Below are positions 54,323-64,000 of a stretch of DNA of 64,000 nt, one piece after another; positions within the stretch are counted from its first letter, which is position 1, and every line of letters begins with the position of its first letter. A program made the translations under genes and the position numbers. The notes beneath the pieces are model-generated. The model was given only the letters and a program-made list of their open reading frames with translations. It did not search any database and was not told the DNA's origin. The stretch comes from Veleropilina oligotropha. Its lineage: Eukaryota. The DNA is taken from the NCBI GenBank assembly GCA_048128005.1, contig JBEUKZ010000010.1, positions 310,001 through 374,000 of the forward strand, written 5' to 3'.

Positions 54323-57300
54323 AAGCACAGAGAACTTTATTAATCTCTAGCTTAGATTAATTAACAGACAATTCAACAGTTTAACTGATCGATAATTAAT
54401 CCAAATGTTTGTATTCAGTGAGAAATGAACCATTATAATCTTTAAAGCAGATTTAAATAAATGAATTTTTAAACACATGGACAAAACAAAATGGTGTCAT
54501 ATAGAATATATAATTATTACAAATTCCAAATATTAATTTAACTTTGTTGGTAGAATATTCATAAGTTTCGCAATCTCATTTTCTGATGTAATTTGTTTAA
54601 CTGTATATATCTACCATTATTTGTTATAAATTTAAATGTGCCATTATACATTACAAAATATAAAAACTACAGCATTGGTATTACGTTAATGGAAATAAAA
54701 TATTTTTTTTTTTTAAAACCATGACAGACTATGGACACTCAATCTTTTGCAGGTCTATTGGTGCTGATGTGTTTCCAATGCAAAGAACACAATAGTTGTA
54801 TGCAGACAGTAGACTACACATGAAATGGCACTAAATCTAGCACTAGACATGATAAAATAGAGGACCCCAGAGGTACTGCCCCTCCCAGACCTGTGTGTCC
54901 TTAACACTTAGCAGTGGTTAGAGACATCATATACCATTGGGGACGTGTTGTTTTAGGACTTAGAATATGTTATAATTTGTGTAGAGACACACCGTCAGTA
55001 AATCACAGCAGCCACATGTCATTATGGAGGAGAAATATTATTTTAACGCAATTGAAGTGCTAAAAGAAATCCAGACTTGGCAAGAACCTGATAAAATATA
55101 AATAATTAATTAATTATAAAAAATCCATGATGAAAGAAATACAATAGGAAGTGGATATTCAACATTGGAAATAGCGAAAATAACTAGAGCAAAGTACTAA
55201 TAATATATATTTTTTAAAATTTCCCAACCACTATAGTGAAATATATTAAATACTGGTGCATTAAAGTAATATTCAAAGTTTAAGAATACAGAACTTAGTA
55301 GAAATCTAAAGATGATAAAAATTACCTCCTTAATTAACTGCACATATAAATTAATTAATTAATATATATCAGAATCTATTGTAAAACATACAGGTGCAAC
55401 ATACAACGCGATTTACCTTAATTAATGATACATGCACAATGTGCACAAATCTCTTTGAAGTTTAACAAACAGCTGCGACGAACACCTGCTTATGGGCAAT
55501 GATTAATCCACAATGGGCCTCATTAATCAACATTCCTATAATTTACTGTATGTTGGCCATTACCAGCAATAAAGATTTTATGGTTTTCATATTATACTTA
55601 CCACAAATTGAGTACTAAATAAAAGCTGAAGTGATTTGAAAGAAGGTTATTAAAGTATGATATTAAAACTATTGGCTTCGATTTGAATTTGATAATCGTT
55701 TTTCTTCAGTCAACAGCTATGGTCATATTAATTATTTGTGCATGTCTACACAATCTTATCTTCAGTGTTTCATTTACAAATCATCAATACATAACACACA
55801 TCATGAATCTTGAGATTTGGTCTATAAACTTGTAACCATTATAAAATATGTGAGAATTGTTTAAAAGCTCACAATCTTTTTGTCATTTAATTAAATTTTT
55901 GCATCATTAACTCTAAATTCGAGCTTGGGTTCCCATGGTCTTTATTTTTAAGTACAGATAAAATTATGTTACAGCTTTAATTTCAAACATTTTCCTCCAA
56001 TTAATTGAGAAGGGATAACATTATAAAATAATTAAAATTGCATTTAAATGAAATCCTGACATTACAGCAAAAATACAACAATGACATATTCATATTTAAA
56101 TTTTCATTCCCAACTTAATCTCCTTCAGCAAGGAAGAGTTTATAACTTGATCTATAATAATCTGTTTTGGCCTTTGTTGCTGCAGACCCCATGTCTGGTT
56201 ATTATAATGGGGGTCGCGGGCTGCAACAATATTTGGTCTCACCTTTGCTCGGTATTGTTCCTGGCTCATTGTTCAACACTAAATGGAAAACTTCTAACAG
56301 GATTTCCAGCCTCTTTTCACCTCCACCAAGCACCAACACAACTGTCTGGGCAAAAGTCACAAATTCACAAAAACTATTTTCATTTGGTTGATAAATACTT
56401 TCAAAAACAAAGTCTGGGGTGATAAATGTTTCGGAGACTTGCAAATAATTTGGAAGGACATTTCTTATAGAATTTCGAATGACTCCACATCCTGTAAGCT
56501 AGAACTTCACAAAGAATTATTGTGAAATGTCAATCTTCACTCACTTGTATAATAACACTCACTTTCTTTAAAGAGGTACTTAGTTTCATTACAAGAAACT
56601 TTATATTTAAAAAAATGCACATATATTTATTAATTAGGAATTTTATTTAGATTATAAAAGCTTTGATATAAAAGTAATTAAAGAAATAATTTGAACAATA
56701 TTGATCGAGTGTCGGTTCGATATATGCACTTTTCATAACAAAAGTTTTTAAATATATTTCTTAATATTGCACTAAATATGTTTTTTCGTGAGAAAGCTAC
56801 ATTAGTAGAAGCCATATAAATATATGAATTATAACTCATATCAAAATGATTAACATGAAAGTAATAAAATATTTACCATTCATCTTTTCTGATTCTTGCA
56901 CTAAATTCAACAGATATCACTTTATGTTCACCTGACAAGAGATAGTTGACGTCACAGGTCAGACTGTTTACCTACAACAGTCTTGTCCATACCGCACCTG
57001 TACATGTACTTCTCACAATACAACATATACATATACTAAGTATGTTTTAGTACAATACAGTCACTAGACACTTGGTTCTTAGTCGATCATGTCTCTGAGC
57101 AGACAAGTTGTTTCTGTAATATTTGTTGGTCATTATTAATCCAGTTAGATTTGGGTAGTGGAAGGATTGGAGTTGGTGCTAGCCGCGTGTTTGCATAGGA
57201 ATCTCCGACCTGATGCCAGCCCAAGAGAGGATGTGATTCCAGCAATAACAGCTGGCCACTAAGAGATGGTGTAGTTTTAGTCATTAACAGTAAATTAGAT

Positions 57301-59345
57301 TAACTAATATGAAGTCTAGCAGAACCATCTCATAGACATTTCAACTTTCTTAATTTTCTTACCAATATATACAATAAAACATACACATTTAATAAAAAAT
57401 ATAGGTATATTAAATGCTTGTTGCATTTACTTTAATATAAACATACATATTAAAGATCTTAAAATTCATATATTTAACAAAAAATAAGACTTTAACCTTA
57501 ATATTTATAATATTTTTTATATATGAAGCATTTTAAAACCAATTATCTATGATAAAAATATTAGATACTATTTTAAATATCACACCTCAGCAATATTTTA
57601 TATTCTAGAACTATATAATATTTAATATCAATAAAAGATTAATTAACCATACATAATATTTAAATAAAAACATTCATAATCCTTGAACAGAATAGTCATC
57701 ATGGCATGGTATGACAGTCTAATCATTTCATGAATGCTAATCCATCAGTTAATCCATGATAATCCTGATTATCAATCACTGGTCTGACATCAGATTGCTG
57801 AACATGGCAATGTCAGATTATGGGTACCAACATTACATGACATGTTTCATGATTAATTCTCGATTTAGAAATAATTTATTGAAAATACATTATTAAATGT
57901 ATATTATATTTTAATTATACATATAAAATCTAGGTAAAAAACTATCTTATATTTATTCTGTTTATATTTATTACATTAACAGTCAAATTTATTATGATAT
58001 TAAATAGTTACATTCTTTTACACATTAATCTAGTTGTTTCAGGAAGTTATGGCTTTTAATTATTTACAATTAAATGGACCAAAACTAATTTACTTTTAAT
58101 CCAACAAGAAGGATGTATGCACCTCTGTTTCTATATTTATAATTAATATAAATCAAACTGGATATAAACTTAATTTCTTCAATTAGTGCAAATTTCCAAA
58201 CTTAAGCTGGGATCTGCAGCCTACCAACATATCAGTTTTCATAACATCAAAGGGCTAAGTTAAATTTGTCTAGCTCCAGGACCCAGCAGTTTGGATTGGC
58301 CGGCAAGTTGCCCAAGCCAGCCAAGATTTCGCCATTGTCCACCAGAGGAGGGGAAGCACTTCACACCTTTGGAGTCATGTGACCCAGTGGTCTGCTGAAC
58401 ATGTAATCAATTGTCATCATTGTTGTCCAGTTACCTGAACAATAGGTCTGTCAACAGTGGAACAATAGTCAGGCAGGCTTAGACTATGTAGAATTTGATC
58501 ACTGGCAAACTGTGGCCAGCTATAAAACAGCCAGGAGTTTGGGTAATCAGCAGTTTCATCTTGACTTCCACCGTGTTCACTTCTACAGCATTTCTTCAAT
58601 TTTCCATATAATTTTATTACCAGTGCTAACTTTAACATTAAATCCGACTCCTGGATATACAGAGAAATCTATCTTGAAAACCGACAGGTGTTGACACAAT
58701 GCAACTTACACGGAATCATTCGAGAGGTAATTATAATCTTCTTGACTTTAAGACATTACATCATGTTGTCTAAGGCGTCTGCTTTCTTTCGAGTATCGGC
58801 AGATTTTCTTAAGAGAGACTTCCTTTGGTTAGTGTAGATTTAATTATATCCTTTCTGAGAGCTGCAAGGCAAGAACCTCCTACTGGTTTATAGCAAAAGA
58901 CTAATTTTAGTTCAATTGTTAATTTTATTGCAGTTGCAGAAAAGTTTGCATAACATACCTAAAAGTGACAGGTGGTCTGGCTAAGTTTATATGGACGTGT
59001 TGAGAGAAATTGCCATTTAATGACCGGCCTCTGTTACTGTCGCAAACTAATATTGGGTATAAGTTGGAGAGTTGAGGTCTACTTCATTCAATGACTATAT
59101 GGGTTTTAAAGTGATAGTTTACTGGGACGTATTGGAAATAATGTGGATTATATCAAGTAAGTTATTTAAATAATGTAGTTTATATATTACTGCAACTTTG
59201 TTAAAATATCATTATCTCTTAAATTATTATTATGCATATTTATGACATTGGTCATTTCAGCTACATTTATCACAGATTTAATAATTTAGAAATAACTAAA
59301 AACTGTCAATAATGTTTGAATTTGAAATATTATGACAATTAAATA

Positions 59346-59560
59346 TATTTTCAAAATTGTCATTTGTCACAAAATTAATACATTTATTAAAGTGCTGAAT
59401 ATTTTGATAAGTTATTAAGTTATTTAATTTAGTAATACATTTTTGTATTTTGCAAAATATATTTTCAAAATCATCATTTGTCACAAAATTAATCCATTTA
59501 TTAATGTACTGAATATTTGGATAAATAAATAAATTATTTAATTCAATATCACATTTTTGT
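59346..59560. repeat. ~113-bp AT-rich tandem duplication
   Basis: atattttcaaaat..tcatttgtcacaaaattaat.catttattaa occurs twice. Confidence 0.85.
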
Positions 59561-60395
59561 TTGGTAACCCAGACAGTAAAATGTTATCTAAACACTTGTC
59601 TGCATATAATCCACATTTAAGTATTTCTTTTATTTCGAAGCTGTTATATTTACTTTAATGGAAACAGGCCATTCACAATAATTTTGTTTATTTGTCACCT
59701 GACGTATGATAAGTGCTATGTCCAGACACTTATTATTCTACAGAGAGCTATTGTCATTGTTGTTTGTCATATTAAAAACAGCAGAGCTGTTAAAAATTGG
59801 CCTTCATTTGACAATGGTCAAGCTATTGGTCAGCACAACCAGCCACTGACAGTTGTGGTCAAGTTTGGTGCCAGTAGAGTCTCTCTACTCCAGCTCTGTC
59901 TGGCTAGGGATTAGTGGGTCCCAAGCCCCTATTGTTTCAGCTCCTATGGCAATTTACCTGTACAGGCAAAAGTGTGACCAACCGGCTTTGGACAATTGAC
60001 CAATCTTTTGGTAATTGTTACCACTTATAGAAGTTTATTAACAGTTATTTAAAAATACAGGTGTTTGGGTCAATACCATTATCTCTAATACACATATCCC
60101 CCAAAAGATGAAAGCAGCCTGCAACTGACCCGGGGCGCTAACAACGGCTGAGGTAAATCCATTCCAGCAAAACCCCACAATTATCAGATTACTATAGAAA
60201 TGATAAACCAACTAAATTAATGGATGAAGTGATTTAGACAATAATCCGCTGTTACTATTTGCATACAGGCACAATAGTATTTAGCCTGGGAAATTGTGTT
60301 CCTTGAAATCGGAATTGTAATGAAATAGCTTTGGTAAGTTTTGCATTTTACTTATGTCTTATATTTTGTTCCTTTAAGATTGGCTGGGGCCTGGA

Positions 60396-60461
60396 ATGGA
60401 CTCTGATGTCGCGGAACAGTTGTCTCCAGACGACATGTACCTAGCTCTGCAGGCCGATATG
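60396..60461 (+). CDS. First recognisable coding exon of an uncharacterised coiled-coil, Ser-rich protein
   Basis: Acceptor ttgttcctttaag| at 60378, ATG at 60396, MDSDVAEQLSPDDMYLALQADM and donor ATG|gtaggt. Phase 0, in frame with the next exon. The frame is also open back to 60379, so a further upstream coding exon is possible. Confidence 0.8.
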
Positions 60462-61148
60462 GTAGGTTTCAGCACCATCTAGTAGCAGTCTAGTGGCAGA
60501 ATGTCATAAAACGACCATTGTTATCAAAATAATCTAATATTCAATCAGTCATACCACCATTGGTGTGAGATTTCAATGTTTTATTAATAATCAGTGATGT
60601 AATGATAACTATACCCCAACAGTATTCATTATATCAAGACTATATTTTATGAGGTTAGTGATCTTGCTGTAAAATGATACATTGTAACACATTACATGAG
60701 CATTGTGTTGTCTGCTCAAATTTAATTTCACGGTTGAGATGGTGAAACTCTATAATCATTAATGGCATAATGTATGACTCCATTATACAAAGTTCACACC
60801 TATTGTTAGAGAGTCAATGCGTGTTGAGTATTGAAACTTGAATTACATCTACCTTGAGACACTGCGATCTGAATTTACTTACCTTGATTTGACTATTATT
60901 TGTTCTGGTGGTAACTTGCAATGCAGTTGTTAACATGGACAGGTATGGAATGCAGGCCACTAAGCCGCTTTTGATTAAAGCTGACCAATTTTGGTCAGAG
61001 TGACCACATATAACAATAATTGATTATTGGTAACCTCAAGTTATAACAATTTCCTAATAAATGAATGTAAAGATATACCGTATACTATTGCAACCTTAAA
61101 ATGTAACATGCTGTCTGCTTTACTTATGTATTTTATTCTCCATTTTAG

Positions 61149-63170
61149 GTCAACATTAAAACACAAGAGGAAGATCTAAAAACGGAGATTGACGACATCG
61201 CTGATCGACTTCACGATTTGCTGCGAACCTGCGGAATGGAGAACGATTTTTCCGGTCACCTCGCCGCTCCGCCCGCCACTCCCGAGACGTCTCACCAGCC
61301 CACCCGTCGCTCCACCATCAACTACGAGGATTACCTGGTCCAGATGATGCTCGATCTCCCCAGCAGCTACCTCGAGGACTCCGACCAGTCCGAACATCAT
61401 GCTAACCTCACCCAGATGAAGGTCGTCGACGACAACGATAACTACGTCAGCCAGCATCAACAAGAAACAGCGATGAACACGAGCCAATCTTCCGAATCGT
61501 CAACGGACTCGCAAGGCGACACCGAGATGAGCAGCGGCTATCCCAAATCGTCCGAAGACTCCAAATCGTCGATCGACAAGTCGACGGACACTTCTAAATC
61601 TTCCAACAGCTCTTCGAATTCAATGGACAAATCGGCGAACGCTGCTCCAGAGTGCTACGACCTTGAGAAAGAGATGCAGTCGAGAATGCATTACTATTCA
61701 GACTTTACGATCGATAGACAGCGAAAAATCAACAGCATGCTTCAGCGAATCAGCTATGCGAGTGGACTAAAAGGTTCGAAACAATCTCTTTGTGATCTTA
61801 GTGAACGACCAGTGGTCGAAGGTTCTGAAGACCGTCCGAGGATGCCAGTGAACATTCGTGTAAACGCCACAGCTTCCACTTCCAGTTCGGACAACGTCGA
61901 CGTTTCTTGCCCAGCGTCTTCGGGGCCCACATCTAGCAGCAACAGAGACTCTAAAGTGCAAAACATTCTCCGCCGATCGAACTTCGCTGGTCATATTACG
62001 TCAACGCCAGTGAAGAATTCTCATAGCCAGAACAAGAAGTACAGCAGCACGTCCTCCGAAGTGGACAGCATCTACACGTGGTCCATCAAATCCGGCTCGG
62101 CCGAAACCACCTTGGAAGAATCGTACTTCAACAACTACAAATCCACTCCAAAGTCGACAAACAAGAACTCTCGCCACATGACCCGTCATTCGACGCCACG
62201 ACCGAAGAAGAACGTCTGCCGCGATCACGATCTTCATTCCATGCTGAAAGAACCCTGCTGCATGGACCTCGACGAACTCACCGCGATCTCCAGACAGATT
62301 CCCAGCTACAGCGAATCTGCGCTGCTCGACGCCACGTTTAAACGCGGAGGAGTGAAACTACCACGGACCAGCACGAAGATCGGACTCAACGAGGCACCAG
62401 TCAGCGGCGGCTCTTCCGTCGAAGCCAGAAGATCATCTCTCCCAGATCTCCTCAGCATCTCGTCTCCAAGCCAAAGCATTCCAAGTTCCAGTTCGTATTC
62501 GCCTCCGAGCACCAATCTTCCTCTTCAACGACCTCCCTTCGAAGAACGCACCGGATGTTCCGGAAAGTCCAGCACCAGTGGCAGCAGCAATCCAGCCAGC
62601 TCAGCGAAGACGTCAGGATATCGTGTGAATTCTCTTGCTTCCTCGGTGAATCCAGACACCAGTATTTCTCTCTCAAGTGCTAACATCGACCACACCACTC
62701 ATGTCGGAAGAACGCGAATCGACTCGCTCATCACAGACAGTCCAACAAGCGTCAACAGCAGTGGCATCTTTGCTCCATACAACAGCCCCGACGTCGCCAG
62801 CCACAAGAGTTCTCGGCGAGGATCGGCCAAAAGCGAATCTGGATCATCCGGTTCTTCTCGTCCTCTTACCAACGTTTCCAGCATTCCGTTCCACTCCACT
62901 CTTCTGTCATCGCCAGAATTTAAAAAGCCACGCACACCACCGCTGAGAAGAATGAATGCTCGTACACGAAACTCGATCGAACGAACATCTACGCCAAAAT
63001 CGTGGGAACCTTCAACGCTTCACAACAGTCATTCGTGCAGAAAATTATTCGGTTCCAGTGAAACGAAACTTGTCAACAAGAAAGCAGTTATCAAGAAATT
63101 AAAGAAATTCAGTCAAACGTTTTACAAAAAGGACAAATCTGGAAAAATTGAAACCCTCGCTACATTGTAA
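61149..63170 (+). CDS. Large terminal exon (673 aa) of an uncharacterised adaptor-like protein: leucine-zipper-like N-terminus, Ser/Thr/Pro-rich body, basic C-terminus with PDZ-ligand-like end (candidate Dact/LURAP-like)
   Basis: Acceptor ttattctccattttag|, then a 2022-nt open frame with raised GC starting VNIKTQEEDLKTEIDDIADRLHDLLR and ending KKLKKFSQTFYKKDKSGKIETLATL*. Confidence 0.93.
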   Translation, partial: VNIKTQEEDLKTEIDDIADRLHDLLRTCGMENDFSGHLAAPPATPETSHQPTRRSTINYEDYLVQMMLDLPSSYLEDSDQSEHHANLTQMKVVDDNDNYVSQHQQETAMNTSQSSESSTDSQGDTEMSSGYPKSSEDSKSSIDKSTDTSKSSNSSSNSMDKSANAAPECYDLEKEMQSRMHYYSDFTIDRQRKINSMLQRISYASGLKGSKQSLCDLSERPVVEGSEDRPRMPVNIRVNATASTSSSDNVDVSCPASSGPTSSSNRDSKVQNILRRSNFAGHITSTPVKNSHSQNKKYSSTSSEVDSIYTWSIKSGSAETTLEESYFNNYKSTPKSTNKNSRHMTRHSTPRPKKNVCRDHDLHSMLKEPCCMDLDELTAISRQIPSYSESALLDATFKRGGVKLPRTSTKIGLNEAPVSGGSSVEARRSSLPDLLSISSPSQSIPSSSSYSPPSTNLPLQRPPFEERTGCSGKSSTSGSSNPASSAKTSGYRVNSLASSVNPDTSISLSSANIDHTTHVGRTRIDSLITDSPTSVNSSGIFAPYNSPDVASHKSSRRGSAKSESGSSGSSRPLTNVSSIPFHSTLLSSPEFKKPRTPPLRRMNARTRNSIERTSTPKSWEPSTLHNSHSCRKLFGSSETKLVNKKAVIKKLKKFSQTFYKKDKSGKIETLATL

Positions 63171-63327
63171 ATTATTTACGAACTATGTATTGAACTCCAT
63201 TACAAGTGCTTGTGGTTAGTGAATCCCTTATTTATATTGACCCCTATGCAATTTTTTGTCAACAAAGACTTCTGATATCGGCTCACTACCTTTGTGCAAT
63301 ATTTAAGTACTATAGGTTGTATTTACC

Positions 63328-63431
63328 TGTATATATGTATAATTGCCACCAAGATTGTTTGTATATATGTATATATTCTAACTTAATTACTAGCTAGATA
63401 TTCAAACAGTGCTATTTATTATGTAAATAAA
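63328..63431 (+). promoter_or_regulatory. 3' UTR with four Pumilio-type TGTAnATA motifs and AATAAA poly(A) signal
   Basis: tgtatata at 63328, 63360 and 63368; tgtaaata at 63422; aataaa at 63426-63431 followed by a T-rich tract. Confidence 0.6.
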
Positions 63432-63597
63432 TATGACAACATATTGAAATGATACATGTCTTTTCTTTTATAACATATAATTACATATTATTCAAGATAT
63501 TTTGAGGTCATCATTTGCAACTTCAATCAGCAATAATAAAAGCCAGATTGATCCTAATGCATCCAATTGCAAATATTGGAAATCAACGTACCAGAAA

Positions 63598-63735
63598 GCA
63601 CAGTCAGCTGCCCTTATATTATTATTGCACAGTCAGCTGCCCTTATATTATTATTGCACAGTCAGCTGCCCTTATATTATTATTGCACAGTCAGCTGCCC
63701 TTATATTATTATTGCACAGTCAGCTGCCCTTATAT
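63598..63735. repeat. 29-bp minisatellite, about 4.7 units
   Basis: gcacagtcagctgcccttatattattatt repeated. Confidence 0.97.
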
Positions 63736-63890
63736 GTCCACATTATCACTTGGGAAAACCCTCCCTAACCGGCCAGTTATCAACAACTGTTACTATTAAC
63801 TGAACAAAGTGTCCTGCCGAGGATTGGACCCCACTTCTGTCGAACACAGCAGTCAAACCAGCCCGTTTCCACCCGGCTACTGGTGCGACA
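63735..63890 (-). mobile_element. SINE related to group B, 3' end replaced by the 29-bp array
   Basis: Reverse complement has a B-box-like ggggtccaatcc and gggagggttttccc..ataatgtggacat, as in 21092-21372. Confidence 0.65.
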
Positions 63891-64000
63891 TCCTTATATT
63901 GTTAGACTCCTCAACGATCTTACGATTGAGTTATTTAGTTCCACATCTACATGTCCTTCCGTCACTTTTACAACAGACGTTATTTCAAAACAACAAACTT

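Noticed and set aside
61176..62946. Overlapping alternative-frame and antisense ORFs
   Set aside because: Shadows of the GC-richer real coding exon.

Overview
AT-rich eukaryotic genomic DNA, probably from a marine invertebrate; the repeat types suggest a mollusc or other lophotrochozoan, but this is inference. Two genes are supported. (1) The 3' end of a mitochondrial ribosomal protein L28 (MRPL28) gene on the minus strand: a recognisable exon at 14973-15105 and a probable terminal exon near 8.5 kb. I found no upstream MRPL28 exon in the remaining ~49 kb. (2) A two-coding-exon gene on the plus strand (60396-60461 joined to 61149-63170, about 695 aa). It encodes an N-terminal leucine-zipper-like coiled coil, a long Ser/Thr/Pro-rich body and a basic C-terminus ending SGKIETLATL. 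This architecture resembles Dapper/Dact and LURAP/FAM89-type adaptors, and the gene appears to lie antisense inside a very large MRPL28 intron containing many unique, enhancer-like islands. The rest is repeats: a decayed RTE LINE with a recent 616-bp tandem duplication, L2 and Penelope-like remnants, two tRNA-derived SINE groups, several Helentron-type non-autonomous elements (HINEs), Harbinger-, Kolobok- and hAT-like MITEs, a 1.65-kb tandem duplication and several minisatellites. No rRNA, true tRNA or CRISPR array is supported. All homology calls come from recalled motifs, not database searches.
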